Below are positions 30,090 through 40,027 of a stretch of 64,000 bases of DNA, in pieces. Source of the DNA: Candidatus Entotheonellaceae bacterium (GTDB lineage Bacteria; Tectomicrobia; Entotheonellia; Entotheonellales; Entotheonellaceae). Position 1 is the first letter of the stretch; the number at the start of each line of letters is the position of its first letter. A program made the position numbers and the translations under genes. A model generated the notes under the pieces. That model did no database searches. It was not told where the DNA came from and worked only from the letters and a program-made list of their open reading frames with translations. Location of the stretch: positions 3,168,001-3,232,000 of the forward strand of contig OZ250173.1 in NCBI GenBank assembly GCA_965238075.1. The letters are read 5' to 3'.

Positions 30090-30421
30090 GATTCTCCTAG
30101 CTGCCGCTTACGGCGCCTGTACCCCGCCCAAAGGCTCCTGGCGGTTTCGATATCCCTCTGCTGACGTACCTTGGTACCGCCCCCGAGCAGGATGACCAAA
30201 GTGTTTCCCTCTCTGCCGAAGTAGACCCGATAGCCGGGGCCGAAGTTTATCCGGTATTCAAAGACACCGACGCCAACACCCCGCACGTTGGAAAAGTTGC
30301 CTTGCTCCATCCGCGTGAGTGCCGTCGTTACCTTAGCCGCTGTGGTTGGGTCGAGTGCGACGAACCACTTGGCAAAGGGGCTGTTGCCTTCTTCGTCAAC
30401 GTACTCCCGGATTTCGACCAT
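30086..30421 (-). CDS. RelE/ParE-superfamily addiction-module killer protein
   Basis: SPFAKWF...GNFSNV..VG.GVFEYRINFGPGYRVYF...LLGGGTK..QQRDI. Confidence 0.88.
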   Translation of the reverse strand: MVEIREYVDEEGNSPFAKWFVALDPTTAAKVTTALTRMEQGNFSNVRGVGVGVFEYRINFGPGYRVYFGREGNTLVILLGGGTKVRQQRDIETARSLWAGYRRRKRQLGES

Positions 30422-30672
30422 TTCTAAATAGTAAGATATAAGTCACCAAATTAACAGGCCAGGGATTGGCGTCGGAAGATCGATGGGTGCGGCGACCCTG
30501 ATTGCGGCGTGACGAATCCTTCTTCCCAACTGTCTGGTATCCGCGTAATCCGGTCAACCCCGGTCGGGAAGAAGTACCGTTTGTATCGTGTTGGTTCCGG
30601 TAGAGCGGTTTGGGGAAAGGCTCGTTGGTGATTCTGAGCCGAGACATCAGAGGCAAGGAACAGGGGTGCATC

Positions 30673-31800
<1,128 letters not shown>

Positions 31801-31838
31801 AACGACGGGAGACCTGTTGCTTGCCCAGGAAGGCCGCG

Positions 31839-32561
31839 TCAGCCCCGGAGCAGGCGTGCCAACTGCTGTCGCTGCCAGGCCTCGGCCTGCTCAAAGTATG
31901 GGAATCGACGTTCATCACGACGAAACGCCGGGGTGTGGATCGACCAGCGGCCGTTGATGCGTTGCGATGGGTTGAGTTGGTGCAGCATTTCGTGGAACAC
32001 GACGTTCTCGACCACGTATCGCGGCACGAACGCCTGGTCCAACAGGGGGTGGATTCGGATCAGCCGCTCACTGGAATTGTAAGCCCCGAAGCGGATCGAC
32101 CGGCGCGGGCGCCTCGGCGGCCGGCGGCCCCAGGTAATGCGTGCCTGCACTCGGTTGCCAAAATAGTCGCGGTTCAACGCTTGGTAAATCGCCTCAAGGT
32201 CGAAATACTGCCCTCCAGATTGAAGTATGCGGGAATGGGTGCGGCGTTGGCGCTGGGGTTTCAGCAGGTGTTGGTGGCGTCGCACGTATTGCCGGAGGAT
32301 GGCGGACGCCCCGGCGTTCGTGCCACGGACATGGGCGACCAAAGCCCGCCACACGGCTTCAGGCGCCTGGCGAAACATTACCTGTATCCGCAGGTGATAG
32401 CCGGCGACGGCGTTGCCCTTGACCGAGACCATAACGGAACGGTTGTCGGTCCACACCAATGACACAGGCGCGGAAAGCCGCTGGCTGAGCCATAAGCGCC
32501 GTTCGTCATCCCCGCCCATTTGCCCTTCCCCTTGTAACCGGATTGGCGTCTTATCCGTCAT
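31839..32561 (-). CDS. SprT/YgjP-like zinc metallopeptidase
   Basis: LNRDYF...IRIHPLLD...VVFHEMLH...HTPAFR (HExxH plus distal His). Confidence 0.75.
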   Translation of the reverse strand: MTDKTPIRLQGEGQMGGDDERRLWLSQRLSAPVSLVWTDNRSVMVSVKGNAVAGYHLRIQVMFRQAPEAVWRALVAHVRGTNAGASAILRQYVRRHQHLLKPQRQRRTHSRILQSGGQYFDLEAIYQALNRDYFGNRVQARITWGRRPPRRPRRSIRFGAYNSSERLIRIHPLLDQAFVPRYVVENVVFHEMLHQLNPSQRINGRWSIHTPAFRRDERRFPYFEQAEAWQRQQLARLLRG

Positions 32562-33837
32562 CACGACTGAGTAAATCCAGACCGCACCTTTGGCACAGGG
32601 GCATTGCTTCCAGAAAATTTCCTGCCAGCGCAGGCTCTGTTGCCGGACGGTCGCACCACCAACACGGCTCCCCGTATTGATACAGCGCTTGGAGCAGGGC
32701 CATCAACTCTGGGTGGTCGCGCCGCCGTACCCTGCCCTTTTGCTCAAAACGCTGCCGCAGCGCCAGCAGTCGTCCCCGGCGGTGCTCACTCGAGCCCTCG
32801 AAGGCAAATTGCACGGCCTCGTGCTGACGCCTCGCAATGCGCCGCTGGCCGCGTTCGATGGTATAGGCCAGCAAAAACGGCACGGCGAAGACCGATACGA
32901 AGAAATAGAGGATGAGCCCCGCATAGGTGGCAAGACCGGTGCCAAAACGCCGCAACCCGGCGATGAATCGCTGGCCGGGTTCGTCGGTGGCGTCGCAGGC
33001 GTGAAGCGTTTGCATGTAATGTTCGGCCGCGCCGGGATTGAGGATGCCGGCGCCGAGGCTCCGGCCTGAGCCGGTGACCGGATCCGCCGTACGGGTGAGC
33101 GCTTTCAGGCCGGTCCGGGGTGTCGCGCAAGGCACATCCAGGAGGAGTTGTCCGAGCACCCCGGCCACCAGCGGACTGGCAAACGAGGTGCCGCTGGCCA
33201 TGCCCATCTGCAGCGGGCTTCTGACGAACTGCCAACCCGGCGCGCACAGGCTGATCCAGGGGCCGTGGTTGGAATAGGCTGCCTTTTTCCGGCTGTGTCG
33301 CGTGCTTGAACAGACGCCGACCACCTCCGGCAGTGCCGCGGGGTAAAAGGGTTCGTCCCGGTCGTCGTTGCCCGCCGCGGCGATGAAAATCAGACCGGCG
33401 TCCCGCAGCCGACGCACCTGCGTGTGCATGATCTCGTCATAGGCATAGCTACCCAGGCTGACGTTGACCAGGAGCGTCGTTTCGGCGTCGTACTGGCGGC
33501 TGAGGTCCCCGATATGTAGCAGCGCCTGCACGATGTTGCGGGCGCTGAGATCGCCGTGCAGGTTGATCGGCTGTGTCGTGCAGAGGGGGCATTGCCGTTG
33601 GATGACGCTGCGCACCTGCGCTCCATGCGCGTCGAAGGCGCCCTGCGTGTCCACCACGAAGATGACTACCTGTTGGCGCGTGGACGCCGCCCTTGCTGGC
33701 GTATCTTCATGGCGCGGTGCGGGCGGCGACAGCGGCACCCCGAAGAGGCCTGTGAGGGTAAGCCAGCCGGCGGCAATCACGGCGCCGTAGATAACCGTCC
33801 GCCGGTGCCGTTTGTAAGGGGCATCCTCCTCAGTCAT
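32551..33837 (-). CDS. Membrane-anchored S8 (subtilase) serine peptidase
   Basis: VVDT (Asp), HGAQV (His), AAAGND (oxyanion Asn), GTSFASP (Ser); hydrophobic segments near both ends. Confidence 0.8.
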   Translation of the reverse strand: MTEEDAPYKRHRRTVIYGAVIAAGWLTLTGLFGVPLSPPAPRHEDTPARAASTRQQVVIFVVDTQGAFDAHGAQVRSVIQRQCPLCTTQPINLHGDLSARNIVQALLHIGDLSRQYDAETTLLVNVSLGSYAYDEIMHTQVRRLRDAGLIFIAAAGNDDRDEPFYPAALPEVVGVCSSTRHSRKKAAYSNHGPWISLCAPGWQFVRSPLQMGMASGTSFASPLVAGVLGQLLLDVPCATPRTGLKALTRTADPVTGSGRSLGAGILNPGAAEHYMQTLHACDATDEPGQRFIAGLRRFGTGLATYAGLILYFFVSVFAVPFLLAYTIERGQRRIARRQHEAVQFAFEGSSEHRRGRLLALRQRFEQKGRVRRRDHPELMALLQALYQYGEPCWWCDRPATEPALAGNFLEAMPLCQRCGLDLLSRDDG

Positions 33838-33860
33838 GCCTGCATGTGGCGCTGGGTAGG

Positions 33861-34643
33861 CTAAACCACTGCGCCAGCTCCCCCATCGATGTTGACCGCG
33901 GTGCCGGTGATAAACGCGGCGCGGGCCGAGGCCAGGAACGCCACCAGGTCGGCGACATCTTCGGCCTCGCCGATGCGACCGACCGGCGTGCGCTTGCCAA
34001 CCTGCTCGTAATACGCTTCCAGGGAGATTTCCGGCGCCTCAAGCTGATGACGGCGCTCCCACTGGGCGCTTTTCAGAATGCCCAGGCAGATCGTATTCAC
34101 CAGGATATTCTCCGGGGCGTACTCGGTGGCCATGGATTTGGTCAGATTGATCCCGGCGGCGCGGCTGACGGAGGTGGGCAGGGTCTTCTGGCCCGGGGCT
34201 TTGCCGCCGATCGTTGTCATGTTGATGATGCGTCCGCCACCGCGCTGGCGCATGAACGGAATGGCGGCTTTGGAACAGCGGATGGTGCCGAACAGCTTGA
34301 TCTCCAGGTCCTCGCGCCACAGGTCGTCGTCCGCGTCCAGGAAGGCCTTGGCGCGCGAACCGCCGGCGTTGTTCACCAGGATGTCGATGCCGCCGTAGCG
34401 CTCGACGGTTTGGTTGATGAGATTGTTGACCTCTGCATCGCTGCACACGTCCGTCGGCACGGCCAGCACCTCAACGCCGGTTTGCGCCTTGATCATGCCG
34501 GCGGCCTCCTGCAGCACCTCCGGGCGACGCGCGCAGATGGCCACGTGGGCGCCTTCCTCACACAGCCGAACGGCCGATGCCCTGCCGATGCCTTCGCTGC
34601 CGCCAGTAATGATCGCCACCTTCCCTTCCAACCCGAGATCCAT
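33861..34643 (-). CDS. SDR oxidoreductase
   Basis: TGGSEGIG, NNAG; atypical TSVSR in place of YxxxK. Confidence 0.88.
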   Translation of the reverse strand: MDLGLEGKVAIITGGSEGIGRASAVRLCEEGAHVAICARRPEVLQEAAGMIKAQTGVEVLAVPTDVCSDAEVNNLINQTVERYGGIDILVNNAGGSRAKAFLDADDDLWREDLEIKLFGTIRCSKAAIPFMRQRGGGRIINMTTIGGKAPGQKTLPTSVSRAAGINLTKSMATEYAPENILVNTICLGILKSAQWERRHQLEAPEISLEAYYEQVGKRTPVGRIGEAEDVADLVAFLASARAAFITGTAVNIDGGAGAVV

Positions 34644-34665
34644 AACGTCTGTTCCTCATAACAAA

Positions 34666-34740
34666 TAGGTCGGATTAACCGCAGGCGTCATCCGACAATT
34701 CGGCTGTAAAGTCGGATTACGCTTCGCTAATCCGACCTAC
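34666..34740. repeat. GTAG-type REP doublet, family B (GTCGGATTA...TAATCCGACCTAC)
   Basis: Two inverted units, 34666-34697 and 34711-34740; further copies at 47132-47160, 56923-56942 (half) and 58311-58340. Confidence 0.8.
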
Positions 34741-34882
34741 CCTTTTGGTTGGCAAAGTATATCATGCCGGGTTGAACCGAATCGTGGCGCCGGGGGACTC
34801 CGGGGACGGGTGGGAAGCAACAAAAGCGGGGGCCGGAGGCCCGTGTGAACCCCCGGCGATTCTGCCATCTATACAGGCAGGT

Positions 34883-35965
34883 TTACGGCAATTGGTAACC
34901 TTCCTTGCCAACGCGGATGCGGTACAGGCTCTTGCCCGAGGTTACGTACAGCAGGTTGGCGTCGTCACCGCGGCCAAAGCCGACGTTGGTGGGCAATTCT
35001 TCACCCGTCGAGATGAAGGCCAATTCGTTGCCTTGCGGGTCGAGGACCTGCACACCGGCTTTCCACTCACAGCGCGACGCCACCCAGACGTTGCCGTCCA
35101 CGTCGGCCACCATGCCGTCGGGGCCGCTGCACGGCGGGTCGAGCTTGCCGTAGTCGATCAGCACGCGGCGGTTGCTCAGGTTGCCGTTGTCGTCCACGTC
35201 ATAAGCCTGCAGCAGGTGCGGGCCTACCACGGGGCTTTCGCCCTCCTTGAGGTTCTGGAATTCGAACCAGCCGTTGTCGTTGCTGACGATGTACATCGTC
35301 TTCTGGTCCGGGGAAATGAGGATGCCGTTGCACTTGGCGCAGTTGGCCGCCACGCGCGCCACGCTGCCGTCCGGGTCGAGCCGGTAGGCGGCATAGCCGT
35401 CCTGGAAGATGGGCTCGTGGCCCAAATAGCGCGGATCGGTGAAATAGATGCGCCCTTGTTCATCAATGGTGATGTCGTTGAGCGCGTTGTAGGGTCGGCC
35501 GTCATAGCGACCAGACAGAATATAGGTTTTGCCGGTCGCCATGTCGGTCTTGACCAGCATGCGGCCGCCGTAATCGGCGCCCAGGGCGGCGATCATGTTG
35601 CCGTCGCGGTCGAACTTGATGCCGTTCGACATGCCCGACGGACTGCGGAAGATCGACGTTTCGCCGGTGCCGGGATCGAGCTTCCAGATATTGCCTGCCT
35701 GCAGGTACTGCCCCGAGGGATCCTTGCAGAAGGCCGTGAAGGTGATGTCGCTGAAATAGATCATGCCGTCGTGACCGGCGGCGACGCCCTCGGTGAGCAT
35801 GCAGGCGCCATCGAAAATGCGGTCAAGACGCGCATCGGGCGAAACGAGCGCGGCGTCACCGGACGGCGCCGGGAAGCCCGGATCGTCGGCGAACGCGGCA
35901 GGGGAAATCACGAGCAGCGCGCCCAGCAGCGCGGCACCCCATTTGGCAAGCCGTAAGGTCTTCAT
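34883..35965 (-). CDS. Exported SMP-30/gluconolactonase family protein
   Basis: Signal peptide; TEG, YFSDI, SNG, NALND, YFTDP, PDGM, PTNVGFG. Confidence 0.9.
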   Translation of the reverse strand: MKTLRLAKWGAALLGALLVISPAAFADDPGFPAPSGDAALVSPDARLDRIFDGACMLTEGVAAGHDGMIYFSDITFTAFCKDPSGQYLQAGNIWKLDPGTGETSIFRSPSGMSNGIKFDRDGNMIAALGADYGGRMLVKTDMATGKTYILSGRYDGRPYNALNDITIDEQGRIYFTDPRYLGHEPIFQDGYAAYRLDPDGSVARVAANCAKCNGILISPDQKTMYIVSNDNGWFEFQNLKEGESPVVGPHLLQAYDVDDNGNLSNRRVLIDYGKLDPPCSGPDGMVADVDGNVWVASRCEWKAGVQVLDPQGNELAFISTGEELPTNVGFGRGDDANLLYVTSGKSLYRIRVGKEGYQLP

Positions 35966-36084
35966 CGTTCTCTCCTTTGCAGGGGGTCGAAATTCAGGAA
36001 TGCCTCAGCATGGTGGGAGTTGGCGCCCAAACGGGCCACTCCGGGAACGGAGGCGATTATAAATTTTACCTGTGTGATTATCAA

Positions 36085-36900
36085 TCAATGCATAACCAAG
36101 CCGCCGGCGACGTTGAGCGCAATGCCTGTCACGTTGTCGGCCTGGGCCAGGTAAACGACCGCCTGGCCGATGTCGTCGGGGGTCTGCGGACGACCCAGCG
36201 GCATGAGGGTTTCGGCGTACTTCCGGAAGGCGTCGTCGCGGTCCTCCCCCACCTGCTCGACGCGCTGCGGCAACAGGATGTCGAGCCACATGGCGGTGCC
36301 GAGAATGCCGGGACAGACCGCATTGACCGTGATGTTGTGCGGTGCCGCCTCGTGCGCCAGGGACTGCGTGAAGCCGACGACGGCGAACTTGGAGGCGCAG
36401 TAGGCCGACAGGCGGGCGTTGCCGCGCTTGCCGGCAATGGAGGCGGTGTTGATGATGCGGCCCTGGCGCCGCTCGATCATGCCGGGAAGCACCGCCTTGC
36501 ATCCTAAAAAGACCCCTTTGACGTTGACGTTCATGATGGCGTCCCACTGCGCTTCGGTGGTTTCGACGACGAGCCCGGTATCGATGACCCCGGCGTTGTT
36601 GCAAAGAATGTCGATAGGGCCGAGCTGCTGCGTGACGGTGGCCACCATGGCCTCCACCTGAGCCATGTCGGTCACGTCCGCGGGCACGCCGATGGCGCGG
36701 CCGCCGTGCGCCTTCAGACCCTCCACGGCCTGCATCACGTCGCGCTCGGCGGCGAACGCGTATCCCGCCGTGCCCTGGCTTGGGGTGTACAGATCGGCCA
36801 CGGCGACGTGCACGCCCTGACGCGCCAAAGCGTGGGCCATGCCAAGGCCGATGCCGCGGGCGCCGCCGGTCACGACGGCCACTTTATCTCTTAAATCCAT
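36085..36900 (-). CDS. SDR oxidoreductase (acetoin reductase-like)
   Basis: TGGARGIG, NNAG, YCASKFAVVG; start moved to MDLRDK. Confidence 0.9.
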   Translation of the reverse strand: MDLRDKVAVVTGGARGIGLGMAHALARQGVHVAVADLYTPSQGTAGYAFAAERDVMQAVEGLKAHGGRAIGVPADVTDMAQVEAMVATVTQQLGPIDILCNNAGVIDTGLVVETTEAQWDAIMNVNVKGVFLGCKAVLPGMIERRQGRIINTASIAGKRGNARLSAYCASKFAVVGFTQSLAHEAAPHNITVNAVCPGILGTAMWLDILLPQRVEQVGEDRDDAFRKYAETLMPLGRPQTPDDIGQAVVYLAQADNVTGIALNVAGGLVMH

Positions 36901-37240
36901 AGGATCGACGCTCCTCTGATGCCCTGTTAGGTACCGGTTAGGAAAAATCCGAATCAGTTGGCCAACACAAATCCGTTGCATCATATCACTCAGGGGCCCC
37001 AACCGGCTGGGCAGTACCCGGTTCACGGTCACACACGGGCTCGAGCACGCTCCAGGCTCGGTGAATCGGACGTTTACAAGACGCATCCCGGCCCGGTAAC
37101 CCAAACACCACAGGATTACGCCTGTGACGCCAGTCGCGCCGGCTGCAACGTCACACGGCGTTGCAACCCTGCCGTCCGGCGTCCGGAGGAAACATCCGCG
37201 GCGCCTCGTGTGTTGGCGAAAAATCAATGCGTTTCGACTT

Positions 37241-37256
37241 TGGCACAAAGATTGCT
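37241..37256 (+). promoter_or_regulatory. sigma54 (-24/-12) promoter of the hsp20 pair
   Basis: TGGCACAAAGATTGCT matches TGGCAC-N5-TTGCW with GG-N10-GC spacing. Confidence 0.7.
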
Positions 37257-37332
37257 ACCCTTTGGTGGGTGTGATTGGGGCGCCATGAGGCGCCCGACGC
37301 TAACCATCCCTTTCTGGATAAGGAATGCGACG

Positions 37333-37779
37333 ATGATAAAAGCTCCTGTGTGGAACGACATCGAAACCCTGTGGCATGAGATGGACAGAGCCTTCACCGG
37401 CCTCCGATTCACGCCGCCGGTGGCAGGCCTGGTGGATCATGCGTTCGGCAGTTATCCGTCGATCCGTTTGCACGAGGGCCCGGATGCTTTGTACGTCGAG
37501 GCCATGGTCCCCGGCGTCGATTCCGAGACCCTCGAGTTGTCCGTGGTCCGGCGTACCCTGACGCTGGCAGGCGAGAAACGGCCCCTGCATACGGACGCCG
37601 AACCGAAGGTGTTTCACCGTAAGGAGCGTTCGGAGGGTCGCTTCGAGCGCCGGTTCACCCTGCCGATGGAGGTGGACACGGACAAGGTAGGCGCCGAGTA
37701 CGCTGATGGCATGCTCAGGGTGACGCTGCCCAAATTGGGCCAGGATACGCCCAAGCAGATCAGCATCCGGACGGCGTAG
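37333..37779 (+). CDS. Hsp20/alpha-crystallin small heat-shock protein
   Basis: VPGVD...ERSEGRFERRFTLP...AEYADGMLRVTLPK...ISI. Confidence 0.93.
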   Translation: MIKAPVWNDIETLWHEMDRAFTGLRFTPPVAGLVDHAFGSYPSIRLHEGPDALYVEAMVPGVDSETLELSVVRRTLTLAGEKRPLHTDAEPKVFHRKERSEGRFERRFTLPMEVDTDKVGAEYADGMLRVTLPKLGQDTPKQISIRTA

Positions 37780-37834
37780 TGGCCGCGGCAGATCAACGGC
37801 TCAGCAGAGAAATCAACCAAGGAGGAAATTGAAC

Positions 37835-38233
37835 ATGAACGAGTCCAATGTCTCAGTTGCGGAAACGACCCAGGCAACGACTGCGGCACCGACGAACGGC
37901 CATGCCGAGCAGTATATGTCGCCGCCGGTGGACATTCACGAAACCGCGGACGGCTTCGTCCTCGCGGCGGACCTGCCAGGCGTGTCGCAGGACAACCTCG
38001 AGGTGAGCGTAGCCAACAACGTTCTCACCGTCAGGGGGCATGCGCCCCAGAATCTTCCTGGTAAAGCACGGTATCAGGAGTTTCAGTTGGCCTCGGTATT
38101 TCGCCAATTCAGACTCCATAACGCGCTTGATGCGGATCAGGTCGACGCCGAGCTCAAGGACGGCGTCCTGCAACTCCGTATTCCCAAAGCCAAGGCCGCG
38201 GTAGCCCGTCAGATCGAGGTCAAGGTTGCCTAG
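37835..38233 (+). CDS. Hsp20/alpha-crystallin small heat-shock protein
   Basis: PPVDIHE...ADLPGV...AELKDGVLQLRIPK...IEV; GGAGG RBS. Confidence 0.93.
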   Translation: MNESNVSVAETTQATTAAPTNGHAEQYMSPPVDIHETADGFVLAADLPGVSQDNLEVSVANNVLTVRGHAPQNLPGKARYQEFQLASVFRQFRLHNALDADQVDAELKDGVLQLRIPKAKAAVARQIEVKVA

Positions 38234-38248
38234 CTGACGGCAGGCGAC

Positions 38249-38281
38249 TTCCCGTGCAGGGTCTCACACCCTGCACGGGAG
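38249..38281 (+). terminator. Hairpin after the hsp20 operon
   Basis: TCCCGTGCAGGGT-CTCAC-ACCCTGCACGGGA, 13-bp stem; no U tract. Confidence 0.45.
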
Positions 38282-38343
38282 TCACGCATCCGATCCTTCC
38301 CGTTCCCCAAGCCCGACACATCCCTCTCCTGTCTTTCCTATCC

Positions 38344-38372
38344 TTGCACCGGCCTGCTGGCCCCACTAAAAT
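38344..38372 (+). promoter_or_regulatory. sigma70-type promoter of the carbonic anhydrase gene
   Basis: TTGCAC-17 bp-TAAAAT. Confidence 0.55.
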
Positions 38373-38463
38373 GGCCCCACTTTTGGGTTCTTCTCATGCT
38401 GGGTTTCGTCCTCACGCCAACTTTCTCCAGCCGAGGAGAGAGGAAGCAAAATCGGGAGCCGAT

Positions 38464-38955
38464 ATGTCATCCACTGATACCTTTCTGGCCAACAACGCCC
38501 GTTACGCCGAACAGTTTCAAAAGCAGAACACCCCCTTGCCGCCCGGTAAGCAGACCGCCATCGTCGCCTGCATGGATGCCCGGCTCGAAACGGGTCGCAT
38601 GCTCGGTCTCGAAGAAGGCGATGCCCACGTGATCCGCAACGCCGGTGGTGTTGTCACCGATGACGTGTTGCGCTCCCTCGTCATTTCGCAGCGCCTGCTT
38701 GGCACTCGGGAAATCATCCTCATTCACCACACCGACTGCGGCATGCTGACCTTCAAGGACGACGAGGTGAAAGCCGGGATCGAAGCCGACACCGGCCTGC
38801 GCCCGTCATTCGCGCTGGAGGCGTTTTCGAATCTCGAGGACGACGTGCGGCAGTCCGTGCGCCGCATCCAGACCTGCCCCTTCATTCCGGTGAAGGACCA
38901 CATTCGCGGTTTCGTCTACGACGTCGAGACCGGCCACTTGAACGAAGTAACCTGA
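38464..38955 (+). CDS. Beta-class carbonic anhydrase
   Basis: CMDAR, IRNAGG, HHTDCG zinc ligands, GFVYDVETG. Confidence 0.94.
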   Translation: MSSTDTFLANNARYAEQFQKQNTPLPPGKQTAIVACMDARLETGRMLGLEEGDAHVIRNAGGVVTDDVLRSLVISQRLLGTREIILIHHTDCGMLTFKDDEVKAGIEADTGLRPSFALEAFSNLEDDVRQSVRRIQTCPFIPVKDHIRGFVYDVETGHLNEVT

Positions 38956-39044
38956 CAGGGTGCGCTCTCCGGCGCCCTGCGCCGGCCGATACGTTGCCAA
39001 TGGCACCGTTCCCGAAAACTCAGCCCATATAGGAAAGCTTGTTT

Positions 39045-39494
39045 ATGAAGCCCCTGCGTCTCGCTCTTGCCTTGTTTGCCGCTATGTTTCTGTGGAATGG
39101 TGCCGTTGTTCACGCCACCGCAACGGACCCGGATTGCGCCTCCGAAGAGGACAAGGTCCCTTGCCTGGCGATAAAAGGCGACCCAATGGCCATGTATATG
39201 ATGGGAAGACGCGCCTATGACGCCGGCCGCATATCCGGGGATTTGACGGAGGCGCTGGCGTGGGGGCGCAAGGTGGTCGAGATGAGACGGCACACCGGCG
39301 GGCAGTTGCTGAAAATGGTGTATTTGCAGCTGGGCGGGGGTGTGCACCGTGACTATGTGCAGGCCCACGTCTGGCTGCGCGAAGCCATCGACAGTGCCGA
39401 GGCGAACCTGTACCTGATTCCATGGCTGGAACGGCTGGAGGCGAAGATGGAGCCGGAGGAGATTGAAAGGGCCAAGCAACTGGCGGCCAACTGA
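39045..39494 (+). CDS. Exported protein with degenerate Sel1-like repeats
   Basis: Signal peptide; GDPMAMYMMG...DLTEALAW...GVHRDYVQAHVW...EIERAKQLA. Confidence 0.6.
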   Translation: MKPLRLALALFAAMFLWNGAVVHATATDPDCASEEDKVPCLAIKGDPMAMYMMGRRAYDAGRISGDLTEALAWGRKVVEMRRHTGGQLLKMVYLQLGGGVHRDYVQAHVWLREAIDSAEANLYLIPWLERLEAKMEPEEIERAKQLAAN

Positions 39495-39521
39495 GAAATT
39501 ACCTGCCGCCGGGAGGAAGAC

Positions 39522-39884
39522 CTACGGTTTGGCTTTGAATTGCGCCTGGATGAACTTGGCCACGACTTCAATTTCGCGCTTACTCAAGATCGGCTTGAAC
39601 GTGGGCATGCCTTTGTTCCGCCGGCCGTTGGTGATGACGGCCACGATTTCTTCGTGATTGAGCTGGGTGTCCCGCAGATTCGCCGCGTACCCGCCGTAGC
39701 TGGGTCCGCCGCTGCCGTCCTGTTTGTGGCACGGTACGCATCTTGCGTACAGCCTTTTCCCTTTCCTCATGTCAGCAATTGCGTCGGCCTCTGAGGTCTG
39801 GGACATCGCCACGCCGGGCAAGATGACGCACAAAATAAGCAACAAGCCGAATACCCCAAACCCAATTCTTCCCGTCACATCCAT
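39522..39884 (-). CDS. Monoheme class I cytochrome c
   Basis: Signal peptide, CVPCH, GMPTF axial Met; directly downstream of the PQQ dehydrogenase. Confidence 0.88.
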   Translation of the reverse strand: MDVTGRIGFGVFGLLLILCVILPGVAMSQTSEADAIADMRKGKRLYARCVPCHKQDGSGGPSYGGYAANLRDTQLNHEEIVAVITNGRRNKGMPTFKPILSKREIEVVAKFIQAQFKAKP

Positions 39885-40027
39885 TCCAAATTTTCCGCCT
39901 ATCAGCATGTTCGTTGCCTGAGAAAGTGGGTCGGATTCAGTGTGTGTCCGGTTGGCTGTCAGAGGTGGGTGCGTGCGAAATGAGACGGGTGAACCGGGAA
40001 TACCGGTCCACCCGTCCGGTTCGAGGG

